A stretch of DNA of 64,000 nucleotides from Ophelia neglecta (Eukaryota), in the NCBI GenBank assembly GCA_965285935.1, contig OZ260661.1, forward strand, positions 81,964,001 through 82,028,000, in the 5' to 3' direction. Below the pieces are notes generated by a model. That model was not told the origin of the DNA. It ran no database searches and worked only from the letters and a program-made list of their open reading frames with translations. How positions within the stretch are numbered: position 1 is the first letter of the stretch; every line of letters starts with the position of its first letter. This document shows, one piece after another, positions 37,001 to 50,960 of this stretch. A program made the translations under genes and the position numbers.

Positions 37001-40000
37001 TATTTATATTGTCAAATACTTTTAAACTTAGAAAATATCACATAATAATTTCACATCAGAACCTGTACAGCACCCAAATGGCCATATCAGCACTTGTCCT
37101 TCAAACTCGTGCTGATAGGGCCATCTGGGTGCTGATAATCATCCAGATATGAAATTACTAGGCAATATTATACACCTATCAACACAAGACAAACTGTTGC
37201 TAAAATCACTAGAATTTGTTTTTTAATATGGCTAACTTTATAGCCTGTTTTTCACCAGCTTGAATACTAGATATTGTTTCTTGTCTAGTTTTTTTGAAGG
37301 GGGGGAGGGGGGGGGGGAGGAGGGGCAATCATGCATCCCCTGTAACATGGACACTGCACAACAAGTTTTGGGGACAAATATATCTTGCTAGAGTTTTGGG
37401 GTTGATGTCTCCAGTCATTATTTGGCCATTTCCTGTTTCACTTTTGAATGCAAGCTGTATAGTTATACTAGACAAATACAAATTAATTCACTAGTTAAAG
37501 CAGAATATATTAATATGTTCTTACCACATTGATTATTTCAGTTCTGCTAAATCTTTTGTAACTATCTGTGATAGATACAGAATATGATGTGATATTAAAA
37601 CTGCTGGGTGCTGGTTGAAAGACAATGTATCCATATGTAGTCAAGTTTACGACTTCTACGGCAAAACCCACGACTGAATCCCATTCCTCCAATGCAGGAG
37701 GATCTAAAAGGAGAAATCATTTTTACATTATGGTACATCATATCAAAGAAGGGAACCTTTAACCTTATAATACTAACCAAATTATTTTTAAAATAACAAT
37801 GTATTTATGATGAAATACAAAATACTTTATATGATTTCATTTCTGACGAATCAATCTATTTTCTAAGACTGTATTTCAAATTGTTAGCCTTAAATATGCA
37901 ATGCAGGATTTTAAATATGACACGTGGCAGAGAGAGGCCCACTCAATGTCAGGCACTTGTCTGCTGTGTATGCTGGGCTCCAAGGGTCTATTAGGGGCTC
38001 CAGAAGCACCTAGATAAAGTCAGCTTGTGGGAAGCAGTCGTCCTATTAAAATCAGGGTTTTTCAAAAATTCAGTTTTGCCATAAAATGGTTGATTTTTGT
38101 AGACTTATTTTTGTCCTCAGTTGTTCTTAAGAACATTATGGCTTGTCATGTTATTAAGGAGTAGATATGAAGGGGAATCCAAAGCCAATCTTCTATGAGC
38201 TAAGCGCCTTTTCCCTTTCAGCAGTCAATTTGAAAGATCAAACTTGGGAGTCCCTGTTCAGGGGCAAAGACTGGCATGAACCCTTAGGTCGCGTTCGATT
38301 AACAACTCTAGTCGACTAGAGTTCCGACTCGACACAAATAAAACGACAAGAGTTGCGACCCGTGTTGTTGCATTTAGGTTAGGAGCACACTCCCCATATT
38401 CCAGGGAGCGTAGGAGAGTGGCAAGTCTAACCCAATCAAAAATCACGATTTCCAAATCTGCTGAACACACTTAATCAATCAACAAAGTAGAACAATTTCC
38501 GGTACCCGTGTCATCCCTCTTTACGTTTCTTTAAACAAACTACAGGGCATGTGCTATGACCCCCTGTGAACTCTACTCGCGTTGACTAGAGTTGTATATC
38601 GAACAGGACCCATGTGTCTACTGCAGTGGCAAATAAGGGGATAAGTGGCACAACTGATGGCAACAAATGTCAACAGCCGAGGTAAAGTGTTGACGTTTTA
38701 TATAAAACAATATTTATTTAATAGATATAGACAGTTGTTTCTTACCCAGCATATTTGTAAGGTTTTCTGGAGTTTTGAAAAAATACTTGAGTGATATGTC
38801 ATCTTCTGAAAGGCTAGTTAAGCTAATTGAATAATTGGTCCCAGGGAGAACTGTATAATTACAACTGTGGCCACTGAAGAAGTGCTGAAAAACACAATTA
38901 TTATTAAGTCATACATGTGTGTATAAACATAAATATATATTATCAATTATACTGCCCAAGAGTACAGGGTGTTAAGAAACACAGGCCTCCTGTTCATAAA
39001 AGTTAAAAGGTATAATACACATATCTGAGCCAGAAGTATATAAGAAGGCGGTGCTGATCGTGAACAGAAAACTAAATGCTGTAGTAGCGTAATTACTACA
39101 TGTATAAGGATTTGTAAAAAAGAATGAACTCATTACAGAAGTAGTATACAACTTCTCTAGAATTAGTATGAAAATTAATCTGGCCTGCAAAAATATCACC
39201 AAGCAACGTATGATTTCTTATTTTTATCAGAATTGTGATTATTAATATTATAATATTGTGATACATGTAGTAATGGTATCAGTAATATTTTACTGAGCTT
39301 TATTGTGTAAAATCTTTCTAGGTGCATGGATCAGAGATCTTTGCTCTGTGACGGGGAAACTGTTTCTAGATCAAGGGTAACTTATAATATAGACAGAAAT
39401 GTTTCGCTTAGTGCACAAAAGACCCTAAATACATTTCCCCATTAGTCTCCAAAAAGTTTGGGAGGCAAAAGAATAATATTCAAGTATCATGATCGCACAA
39501 AGTACTCGAAAAGGCCGGATAATGGCACATTGTCAAGTGAACAAATCATAGGTAAGACCTACAACATTGCAAGTAAGATCGAACTTTGCATTTAGTCAAT
39601 AATTATGACCAATATTATACAAAAAATCATAAAAACTTAAAGCTTAGAGAACATACCTGGCTTGAGCTTTGACCTGATATTCTTACTGAGTTGCATCTGG
39701 TAGCAATAGCTCTTCGACTTTCAACAAGGACTTTGCCATACTCCTCTATCATTATATTATAGGATTCATTGAATGAAGCATCTGTCAAAAATAATAATAA
39801 TACAATTCACTAAAAAGTGGCAGCATGCTCACAGAAACGTATTTATTCTTCTTAAGTTCTCAAGTTCAAAGTCTTATCATAAATATGAGAAATTTCAAAC
39901 AACATTTAAATCAAATACTAAAAGGTTTTCTTCTGCATTGAAACCTTTAATGATTAAGTATTAATAAGTTACTTCATAAAGACTAATGAAAACAGACATA

Positions 40001-41891
40001 CACTTGGAAATGTTCCAATGAAAGTTGAAAGCAAAACTGCCTCTTCTGTTGCTTGAGACAGACAAATTTGATAAGGTGGTGGGCTTCTCATTATACGATA
40101 CAGAGCTCCCATTCCTGGCTGTCTCTTGGCATGCAGACAGGCTTGCAGGCTGGCACATCAGTACTGTTGAGGCATTTTGTACCTGAAAGTAGGAAATATA
40201 TTACTGCTATCAACCTGTATTTTGAAACTACATGTACATGTAAGACACTTCATCAGCAACTAGTCCTTTGTAAAATAAATGAAAATGATGTAATGATAAG
40301 CATGTACATGTACAACGAGGCTTGATCAGACTGGTGAAAAACTGAAAACAAGCAAAACTGTTACTAGAGGCAGAAGAACAATGATTCTTAGCAGGCTCTT
40401 TATCTATTTTGCAACTATTTTGTAATATCTAAATTTTTTAAAAGACACAGTAGTTATTTTAATGTCTAGCAGCATACTATAAAATTATTGCTAAAATATT
40501 ATTATGAACATTTCTGAGGGGATTTCCACTTGCACAGGAGACTTGGAGCACTTCACCTTCTTGGGTTTAACATCTGCCTGGTATACATGTCTACAGTCGG
40601 CCTTCAAGCTCTTAGAATTTCACTCATTTTTGGTATAAAAAAAAACTTTTTAGAAATTAGACCAATTAGTTTATTTTTCCTTTAAGTTTGCATGTATCAG
40701 CACTATATCCCCACATAAATATCACCTAAGCCGGAATCTGTGAGTTTTTGGGTTAAGCTACATGGAGTAGACGGGATGTGCCATATTAGATGTGGTCCTC
40801 AGTTATACAGAGTCAACCAATATGGAATAAGAAACTGACCTCCATTGAATCTTAGCAAGCACTGTCCTGCACTACCAAAAATGATAACTTCAGTTACACT
40901 TAGAGGCACATAAATGGCAGGGAGTAAATTATTAAAACATACCAATTGGTTACACGTATTTCCCAAATGAGAAAAAATGTCTGGAACTTTTCAATGAGTT
41001 AAGATGTCATCATGACATCATCCTCATCTACTGTGCAACAAATGGTGATGGACTTGTATGACGCTTTTAACTCTTTTCATCAGGTATCTTTAAGAACAGG
41101 TTTTCGCCTTATTTTGACCCAACCTTCGACAGGGCAAAGGGGTACATAATAATTGTTCCACAATTTGAGAGCAAAATGTGCCTTTAAACCAATTTTTATG
41201 AACAAAATGTGAATAAATGAATCGCAAACACACTTTCGGAATAGCGAAAACTAACTTGTAATTTTAAATCAGCATTGGTTCAATTCTGAATTTTGGTGGT
41301 AGAAACTAAATAAAATTTGAAGAATACCTATTTTTTTGGGCTTACCCCATTTGGCAAAAATCAGGAGCAAAGTTAGAAGGTATTTAGGGGGGGGGGGGCA
41401 TTTTTCTGGCTGCAAAAATGTCCCTGTTTGCAGTTGTACACCCCCATAGACTTTATTTCTCTATATTTCCCAATAGAACAAAATAAGAGAATAAGCCTTC
41501 ATGTAGCTTAGTGATTTCCTCTAGGAATAAAATAAACCTAGACATTGTTTATAATCTCTTAATCAAGTTATGCCTAATACGTCCACATGCGCGCACCGGC
41601 GTGCGTATAACAGCATTATCTGGTTTATACGAAACACTGAGAATGCTGCTCTGAAGTTTGTGTCGTCACGGTGTACTAGCTGTCAAACAAGCTTGAATAC
41701 ATACGCCTTGTCTCGAGAGCGGAAGTAATACTTTTTAATAATATTCACATAAATATCAAGACATTTAGAATATTTACCGTATCAAAGCATTCACTTATAC
41801 ACAACTGTGTTTCTGTCGGATCTGGTCGACATAAAGCCAGCCCAAAGACGAGGGCAATCGACACTGAAAGCAGAGTGCCCACATCTCCCAT
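34013..41891 (-). CDS. IL17RD: SEFIR-domain interleukin-17 receptor family protein (IL17RD/Sef-like), type I membrane protein of about 916 aa
   Basis: Minus-strand exons 41891 (or upstream ATG 41927)-41778, 40182-40002, 39781-39657, 38884-38746, 37703-37525, 36742-36665, 36555-36471, 36072-35971, 35871-35665, 35553-34013, all phase-compatible. Signal peptide (MGDVGTLLSVSIALVFGLALC), N-glycosylated beta-rich ectodomain, TM (VTIVVAVVCGVAVAAIFIGVVYCIV-KRK), SEFIR motifs ILIIYSYDCEAHERVV...FATYL...GCEVSLDIWE...VIVVCSTG...FIVSYFEYS...DIP. The D paralogue label is tentative. Confidence 0.88.
37068..37134. repeat. Intronic hairpin (26-bp stem, 15-nt loop), fold-back element core
   Basis: CAGCACCCAAATGGCCATATCAGCAC vs GTGCTGATAGGGCCATCTGGGTGCTG pair at 24/26; weaker outer complementarity (ATAATTTCACATC / GATATGAAATTAC). 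Confidence 0.8.
38287..38610. mobile_element. CpG-rich MITE with about 30-bp TIRs (possibly PIF/Harbinger-like)
   Basis: GGTCGCGTTCGATTAACAACTCTAGTCGAC (38287-38316) matches the reverse complement of 38581-38610 at 25/30; perfect 20-bp palindrome AACTCTAGTCGACTAGAGTT at 38304-38323. Confidence 0.75.
41581..41730. promoter_or_regulatory. CpG-rich patch with ETS site in intron 1 of the IL-17 receptor
   Basis: GCGCGCACCGGCGTGCG, GTCGTCACGG and GCGGAAGT (41719-41726) in an otherwise CpG-poor gene. Confidence 0.4.
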
Positions 41892-43359
41892 GGCTTTCGA
41901 CCATGTTGTTTTGATTCCCAGCCACATCGCGGCCGCTTATATCATGAAAAAAAGAAGGGATTTCCATCCGAACATTTCACTATACTACTAAGGGCTATAC
42001 ACCTTTGAAATGTGTGTATTCCTGAGGAGAGGGGGGGGGGGGATTAAATGTTTTATGGGGTAGGGGGTGGGGGTGGGTAAAGGTATTTCCTACTCCCGGG
42101 ATCGAGCTATTTAGTTGACCGTAATCCGGGAATAAAGTATTAATTTATCGTGACTGGGGATTTGACATTTCTCCGTTTCTTCGTCACTATTTCAATTTAT
42201 CAGGATGGGAAATAGCTTTTCCTTTTGTTGACAAAATTCCAGATTTTAAATGTACTTGATTCGGGATTTGTCACTTTTTCAAACTGGGAGAGGGACCCCT
42301 CTTCCCCCCCCCCTCCGTTTAATGTGGCCATACTCTCATTCGTGGCCACAGGTCTGTGAGGTTTAAGTATTATAACTTGATAACAACACTATATAAAGGT
42401 AAATTATAATACCCAACTTATACTAGACGGGGAAAATTAAGATATCAGCTTATATTTCTGCTATGAAATTGAGCATGTAGTTATAAGAAATTGACTGGAA
42501 TGACCGTCTGTATAGGGCAGATGTGCTCATAAAGCAATGGATGATGATTTACTCCATTTTTTTATGTGCACTGTTACAAATTGGCATTTAAAACTGTAAA
42601 ATGCTAGGGGTTTTCCGTTTAGTTTATAGCTATAGCTAGGGGCAGAAAGGCATGGGTTGTTTGTATCCCCCCCCCCCCCACACACACACACCACCCCAAT
42701 TTCTTTGCCATGATGCAGATGCCTTTCTTCTTTGAGAACAATGGCCAACTATATAGATCTAGTTGTTTTTTTTTGTTCACGGTTAATTTTCTTAAAACTA
42801 CATGTTTTCCTTTTTTTATTTTTTGCAAAGAAAACAAAATTCCCCCGGGATTTATTGAATAAAATGGATGTCTAAGGGCCAATGGGCACTACTTCAGTAC
42901 AAATGGTATTGGCCTTAATTTATTTACGAAAACTTTACAAAGTGCAATCAAAATATGCGCCGCTAGTTTAAGACAACAACGTCCAATCCTCTTCGTTTGA
43001 GATTATTATGGAGGGGTATGGGGGCCACTATAATAATGAAAAGGATACTAAAATATGTTGGCCTGCCTGCCTTGAAGGAAATTTAACCTGGATTATCACT
43101 TGAGGTGAAAGCAAATTCTGATACTGTAAGTCCTTCATTCCCCTCCCCCCCCCCCCTACCGACACACACACACTTCCTATAAATTTAGTAAATAGCTGAA
43201 AATGACCACCGTCGACCTGTGATTCTTTATTGAAATCAAGATTGTCATGTTGAAAGGTGGTAAACGTGCCTGTTGGTTAGCAGTATCATAAACTAAGTCA
43301 ATCAAGGCATATATATAAAAGTTCATCTTTTAGTAAGCTCCTCTGTTGGCAATGCTGTA

Positions 43360-43410
43360 TGCGGGCGTGAATGCTGATTGGCTGATATTGGGCAGGCATG
43401 ACTGATTGCA
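43360..43410 (+). promoter_or_regulatory. NF-Y (reverse CCAAT) promoter region of the RhoGEF
   Basis: CTGATTGGCTG with ATTGG at 43377-43381, further ATTGG/ATTGC copies and GCGGGCGTG, about 150 bp upstream of ATG 43535. Confidence 0.5.
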
Positions 43411-43534
43411 GCGTGTTTGAAATAGAAAATGTAGGACCGGTGGAGTAAAATGGTGCTTTTTTCAATATATAGTGGCGCTTTTTTCGTTTTATTTTTGTAA
43501 GTACATGGAATAACAAGCGATTTTAATCAAGGAA

Positions 43535-46500
43535 ATGGCAGACCATGAGAATACATCGACTTTGAAGCGAGGACGCTCTCGGAGCTCGTTGAGATTGTCC
43601 AAGAGGTAAACACGTTTTTAGTTTTTGCCATGGTCGATGTGGGTACATGTGTGTAATTAAAGTTAAATGCTTAGTAATTTACTATATGTTTCTATTTATC
43701 TGTTGATTTAATCCTTCGGGTTTTTATATGCCTACTAACTGGACTTGAGTTGTCCTCTCGGCAAACCTGCTTGATCACCATCAACACTAAAACTGTTCAA
43801 AGTCGTAACAAAGATGGCACCTTAACTGCTTAACTGCTTAAGTAGCTATTGACCGCTGTGGCTATCTCCACAGCGCGTCTAAGACATATACTATTAATCA
43901 TGCAGTGCTGGGGATATGTATAGAAAGCCCGGTCTTGTGTGTCTGTGAATGTGTGTGTGTACATGGTGGGTGTGGGGGGGGGGGGGGTCACTAATGCATA
44001 GACCGTAATGACTATAAGGAGGGTAAACACTCAAGTACAAGTAACCAACAGGAAAATAGAGACCCAGTTTTTTGCCTAAGTTACTGTCTGTTCCCACATA
44101 TGTATGTATGGTAGTATTGATAAGAGGACAGGGATCTGGTCTACCATACACCAGGCTGTCAAACTTAGCTTTAATACCCAAAATTAAATACAAACACATG
44201 TATATATATAATTGGTATAGATTACACCAGCGTTCAAATATATGAATGAGTATACATATTACATAATAGAAGCAAATTCACATGGATGGGTCAGATTTCT
44301 AATTCCCAAAGGTACAACCCTTACCCAGCAACCCTCCTTTTCCTTAAAGCCTTCTCTACCTTAATATTTGAGTTGCTGTTATGTTGCAACTATTTATGTT
44401 AATTTCCTGTGTTGTATCACATATTAGATCTGCACAACCAAGGCCCTCCAACACAACAACAACTCCAACAACAATCAGTAGATTCATAGATCTATATATC
44501 ATCAGGGTTTGTGCTGGCTGTTTTAAATGGGGTAAATAAAGTGAAAATATTGCATCCCAATAAATACAGCGGAAAAATATTTTTCTTCCAAATCAATGTT
44601 TCTGCATAAAACAAACAGCGTTTACATGACCCCTGTATCAGTATACCAGTAGATGAGTGGATTGGTCACTGAATGTATGAGAGTATGATTTGCCTGCCTT
44701 CCTTGAAGTGGGAAGTTTCAATGAGTTACAATTATCGAAGCTTTTCATAAACCAGCACATTAAAAAAAACATTGCTTAAGAAAAGATATGCTACTGATAC
44801 AGGTGTGTGAAAAGTTAAATGGTAGTAGAAAGTCTGGAGATGGCTTAAAGTTTAATTTGTATAGGATACAATTTAGTTTTCCAACAAAGCTTTTTTTACT
44901 TGAGTTTTTAACCAAACTTAATAATCAGCACACAACTTGGTCTAGAAGTACTGTGAATCTGTGATACCTATGCACTTTTAATTGTTTAAAGGGTTTTGGG
45001 AATAAATAAAATAGAATTACTATGATAATACTATTAAATTATAACTGTGGATCGGGCCTATCTGGTTGGTGCTTATATGCTAGGGGTCTAGTTAGTCTAG
45101 TCTAGTTACATTGATGAAATGAGCTGAAGTTTTAATGACCATAATTTTTTTTCTTGTAACCAGATTTTCCTCTGCAAAACTGGAGGAGCTTTTCAAAAGT
45201 CCTTCCCTAGACATTTTATCGGTAAGTTTTTATGCTGCAAATTGTTATGGTCTTCTGTTTGAAAGTTTTTATTTTTATAGATTATAAATCACATCTTTAA
45301 AGTCTTTAATCATAAGAAATTTTCTTTTTCAGAGGAAGTCGAAAAGAAAAAGACACCGAACCGATGAGGATAATATTAGTTTGCAAAGTATTGATTTAAA
45401 TGTACCAGTGAGTGTTGTTTACCCATATTGTAAAACCTGTGAATTGGCCCCCCTAGGGACTGGAAATTAACAACATTGATTGATTGAGTTTGCAGAAAAA
45501 TAAAGTGTAAACAGACTGGGGGTGATTGGAAATGTTATAATAACAATATTAAAATAACATTAATTATTTGATTGAGTTGGGTACAAAACGTTTTAATTTT
45601 ATCTTCTAATAGAACACTTTAACATTTAAACCCTGCATTGTAGGAGCCCAAGAAGAAGCGTAGAGCATCTCTCGCTAGGATTTCATCTCTTGTCAACCTC
45701 CTCTCACCAATTCGTCCAGTGAAGAAAGTTTCCAATGCCCTGCAGGTAGATAGTTTACCTTATCAGTTTTTGTTTGTGTGATGAGTCTGACCGCATGTTT
45801 CATAATGTTGCTGATTATTGTCTTAACCATCAGAAAGGAAAGGCTTAAGGCCTACCTGGTGAGTTAAAAATATTCTGGTATCATGAATGCATTAAAGTGC
45901 CAATGCATCCAAGTGCTATTGTTAAATGTATACCTTTTGGAACTTTTTACAGAAATCTTTCAGTTTGAGAAACTTGTCATCCCCCTCAAAAGAACCATGT
46001 AAAACTAAGCATACCGCTACACCCTATAAGAAGCCAACGGTTACCCATCCTCGGCGCAGACTTAGTACCTTCTGGTACGAAACTGCAACCAATGAAGATG
46101 TTCAGAAAATGGACAAGAAGCAACTTGATAGGCAAGAGGTTGGTATTCATAATTATTTATTTAAATCTGATATGAAGATAAATCTTTTTACCCTTTTTTT
46201 AACCCTTTAACAACTGGTAATCTGTTACCAATTGGGATTCAATATCATATGCGTAGAGGTATATCCACTATCCAGGCATATAACGACATGATCGGTCACT
46301 ACAGCAGCCTAAGCGTAATCATTCCTTCACACCGGCAGACCACAAGAGTCAAGAGTGGCCTGCGCAAGAGGAGCCTTTGCCTAGGGAGGCTGTTTTAGTG
46401 ACCGAGAGGGTAGGCTTGTACCAGAGAAACATGTCTGCTTGATGTCTGATACAACCATGATGCAATTTTAAGTGTAACATTTTAAACTTTTAACATAATT

Positions 46501-49500
46501 GTGTAGTGGCTCAAACATTGGGTGCATCACCAGCCATTCCCTGGCCTGAAAATGAAGGTGGAGGGATTAGCTTTTGTTCCGAAGTATATTCATCTGATGG
46601 CTTTGGTGTTTGGGTATTTTCTGATACAGAACTTTTCTATTTCGTGGAAACCGCAGTCTCAGGAGCATTTGACAAAAACAAAGACACTACCAGGCCAGCC
46701 TTTTACAATTTGGCGAGCTTAGGATGTTTATTCTAGGATATTTCATGTTGATTGGGTGGAGCACTTCAGCTATGAAAGATTGTGGATAGCCTATGTTTAA
46801 AGAGATAATGAAGTATATTTGTAATGCATGGCTTTTTTGTGTTTTGCAGGCAATATATGAATTTTACAAAAGTGAAGAAGATCTGATTGAGGACTTGCAT
46901 ATGGTTAAAACAGTGAGTAATTTTTTTAATGAAAATGATTTTTCTGCTTTAGCCAATTGTCATCAATGGCTTTTCCTTGTGAGACATAAAAGATAATATA
47001 ATGTGCCCTTTGTATCCCCCTTTTTTTGTATAAAACAGACTTACTATGATTCCATGAAGAAACTTGGGTTGTTGAATGATGAAGAGCTCAATCAGATATT
47101 TGGTCATATAGATTCTCTGGTACCACTTCACCAAGGTAATGTCAACATAGAAAATATTCTGTATAATGTTTAAATTTTACCACGGCGAGAGAAGTTGGGG
47201 GGTGGGGGGAGGGGTGAAACAAGTCAAGGTGGCAAGCCTTGTCCTATCAAATCTGCCATAGGTCTAGTAGGAACAGAAACACAAGCTTGCTTTCATTTAA
47301 GAAATTCAAATAGCAATGCCGTTAATTTTATGGCAAGTGGGCCTTATTCTATCTAGTAATTGCAGACACAGTATTGTTGGGATACTCTTAATTGTTGAAA
47401 GCCAGGATTGGTGTCTAGTTCCCACTGTAGACTGGCTAAAGACAAAGCTGCTCAGCAGCCTGTCCCCCGTACTGCAGCCCCCACTATTATTAGAATTCCA
47501 CTGTGCAGAACTAAGTTTTGTATCCATTTAGCAGCATTAAGATAAATTGTAATATTCACGTGAATTTTAGATGTGGTGGAATCTCTTAAGCACCAGAGAC
47601 TGCCCGATGGAGTTACTGATGAAATTGGCCAAGTACTCATTGACTGGGTAAGCCCTTGAAACATGTCTGACTGTGACTGAATGTATAGAAAATTTAATTG
47701 CAAATCACTTTATTTTGTCTCTTGAGTCCCTTGTCGGTCAGGCCCAAATAATGATACAGCTTTCTGAGTCATGAACAACTTTTATGTTTTGTAGGTTCCT
47801 AAACTGGAGAGCTATGTCTCCTACTGTGCAAATCAGATATATGCAAAAGATTTATTAGACATGAAAAAGTCAGATCCCTCAGTAGATGATTTTCTTGAAA
47901 GATGTCAGGAGTCTCCATTCAGCCGAAGGCTGGATCTGTGGAGTTTCCTGGGTGAGTTTATCTTGACTGTGTTACTCTAGTAACTTGTTAACAGACTCGC
48001 TTCAAGCCTATGATTGACGATTTAAATGCACCCAGTGATTGATATAAATGTTAAATGTATTTATAAGGGCATGCCTACTGTTCACCTCTAGATATATGAC
48101 CAAATTCTATCTCATTTCAGATGTGCCAAGAAGTCGCCTTGTGAAATACCCATTGCTGTTCAAGAGCATTTTAAAATATGTAAGTTCAGATAAAATTGTG
48201 TATTCAAAATTTAATTGTCGACCAACCATGTCTAGTTCCCATTGGACTGAAAAAATGTGTTGACTTTACAGACTCCAGAAGACCACATTGATGTGCTGTT
48301 AATAGAACAGTCTATAGAGACAGTAGAAGATATTATTGCCCAAGTTGACAAAGAGAGTGGCAAGTCTAAATGTGAATTTATGAAAACCAAGCTGGAATAT
48401 CTTGATGATAAACAGGTAGGTTGTAAATCTTTATGTATTTATTTATTTTTATTTTTTTCTGGCCAGTCAGTCGCCCAGAAGGCCTGGCCAGTCGATGAGT
48501 TTGATCCACAGAGGCTTGTGTTGGGTGCTCTGGCCAAAGAGGCAGTGATATGTTGATATTATTCATATCACAGCCTTTGCTTTGGTCAGAGCAACTGATG
48601 TTTGTCAACAGAGTTTTAATATGATGGAAAACGTTTGATCTAGCCAAGTTAAATGTCTTTAGGGTAGCTCTATACTTTATTATGATGCTTAGATATGGGC
48701 AATGGTTTGTAGTGCAAACAGATTGACCATGAATAGAATTTTCAAAGACTTTCTTTGCATGTCTGGACAGAGCAAGTAATTTTAGAGAAACACTTTTTTT
48801 TTACCCTGTATTTTTATGTGTTTGGACTTTAGGCTGTACGTGGGAGGCTTACATTTTTGAATGCCTTGTTGAAAATTAGATCCATATACACATGGAGATT
48901 TTGTACAGGCTTTAAATGCTGTCTCATTCTTTCAGAAAACTGAACAGCCACAAACAATTGCCAGTTAGTTTCACCTGTAGAATATCCATTGAAATAAATA
49001 CACCCTAATGTGTGGGCCAGTAAAAGGACAATTTTAACCCATTAATTGGGCCACATGACTGGTCAAAAAGACTGGAGTTGTGAACAACTTTTCTGAAAGA
49101 CTATTGTCTGCCATTTAAAAGTTTCTGCGTCACTGAACCATGGTATACACTGTCTTGCATGCTGCAGGTAGGCGCATGAGATTCACAGCTGTCACCTCCA
49201 CCTTGGTGGTCCCTACTGGCGAGAACCACCTACAGTGCACAATATTGTCTATACCACTCAAGTTTTATGTACACAGTCATAAACTATTTCTGAATACAAA
49301 AGAATATATAATTTATCTTCCAGCAAAGAAATCCATTGATTGAAGAGTCAAAGGCAATCCTGTGTGAAGGCATTCTCAAAAACAATAGGGGAACAGTAAG
49401 TGTCCATTTTTAGCAGTGAAAGCCCAAGCAATCAGCACCTCCCTGTTTAATTTTAAGTCTATTTGTCTAATGCATATGTATGAGTGAAATAATCCTGTCT

Positions 49501-50251
49501 AAAACTACTGGTTTTAAAGGCATAATCATGTTTTGCTTTCAGAAGTTAAATGTATTCCTATTTGAGAAGATATTGGTGCTAACTCGACCTGCCACGAGGG
49601 GGCAGCAGTTGATGTACCAGGTGTACCGCCAGCCAATACCAATAGAGGAGTTGGTTCTGGAAGAACTGGATGGTCAGACAAAAATGGGTTCCTTCAAAAG
49701 TGCTTTCTCGCAAGGGCAGCAGGGCAAAAGTGGTAATTCAAATTAAATTATTATTATTTTAAATGATTGAATAATATAAAATATTGGTTTGAAGATATAA
49801 ACCTGTTAGTAGTATAATCCATTTTGGATTGTACTTTATACAAAGAGTGGAAAGGCTTAGATGATACTTAAGTTATCAGTGTGTCTAAATGTCTTTGATG
49901 TTGCCATGCACATTTACCAGAGTGGTCTTTTTTTCCCAATATCTAGGTGTCTTCAAGGTGTCTTTCTACGACTCGTCTAAAGGGCAGTCTCACACCCTAC
50001 AGGCTAATGATGAACATGACAAGAAACAGTGGTTACAGGCCCTCCAAGCAGTACTACCTTCACAGGAGAGCAGATTGATATTAGAGGAGCGAGAGTCTGG
50101 CGACGGACAGGAGGAAGCTGACAATTTGGACAGTGTCAGTCTGGCCAGCTACTCTACACTTAACTCTAGCATGTCTTCGACAGTCAGTCTCTCCAGTATC
50201 TGTCCTCGCAATACCTCACTCAGCTCAAACTCCTCGGGAGAGGACAAGTGA
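43535..50251 (+). CDS. ARHGEF3: DH-PH RhoGEF of the ARHGEF3 (XPLN)/NET1 subfamily, about 551 aa
   Basis: Exons 43535-43605, 45164-45221, 45333-45407, 45644-45745, 45953-46138, 46850-46912, 47039-47135, 47571-47647, 47795-47951, 48121-48179, 48272-48415, 49324-49395, 49543-49732, 49947-50251 (1656 nt, open). Motifs RKRHRTDEDNISLQSID..EPKKKR..LARISSLVNLLSP, RQEAIYE...EEDLIEDL, YCANQ, SPFSRRLDLWSFLDVPRSRLVKYPLL, YQVYRQPIP, GQSHTLQANDEHDKKQWL. Probably co-orthologous to both ARHGEF3 and NET1. Confidence 0.94.
46293..46404. repeat. Fold-back element core in a RhoGEF intron
   Basis: CGGTCACTACAGCAGCCT (46293-46310) pairs at 16/18 with AGGCTGTTTTAGTGACCG (46387-46404). Confidence 0.6.
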
Positions 50252-50868
50252 ATGTTAACACGCCTTGTAGACCTGCTACTCACACACTCTATCACCTACC
50301 ATGTGTTTGTGTATTCTTTGACGGCTGTTCACTGAGGATTTCTTTAAATGCACATATCATTGCACCTTGTTATTATAAAATATTCAAATCAAAAGACTAC
50401 CTTGTGCATGCTTGGACAAAACAGAATAAGTTTGACCAATAGTTTAATATTTTATTATTTTGTTTTCATATTAAGTAGAAAATATAACTCCTAACATCTT
50501 GAGCCATGACATTAATCACTGCAAATTATCATCTATCTTTCTTAATTTTAAGTTTCATTTTGTTTTAGTCCTAGAGAATGATTGCTATTATGTTTATATG
50601 TGAAATTGTGTGTGATGATAAAAAAAAACAAATTGAATGTAGTAGTACATAAACTAATCAAGTAGATATAGGCCTGACACTTCTTAAAACTGATGTGGTC
50701 CAGAAATGGCACAGATAGTTTTGTTCATTAGGAGATCATGCAACTGACATTGGTATCCCTTTTACATATTTGAAAATGTTTCATGTACATATACAAAGTT
50801 AATATACTGTAGACCTATCATCGATATTCAGCAGCTGTCCACCAATAATCAGTAGAATTTTAAAATAA

Positions 50869-50960
50869 ATACTGTAATGTTGAAAATGTTCATGCAGGGT
50901 TAAATTTGCGCTTTTCCAACAAAAGCCCTCTGGATGTTTTTAATTTTGTGGCTAGAGATG
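50869..50960. repeat. Dispersed repeat remnant in the RhoGEF 3' UTR, related to 63468-63661
   Basis: Both copies start TACTGT and share GGG(A)TTAAATTTGC and TGTTTTTAATTTTGTGGCTAG. Confidence 0.55.
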
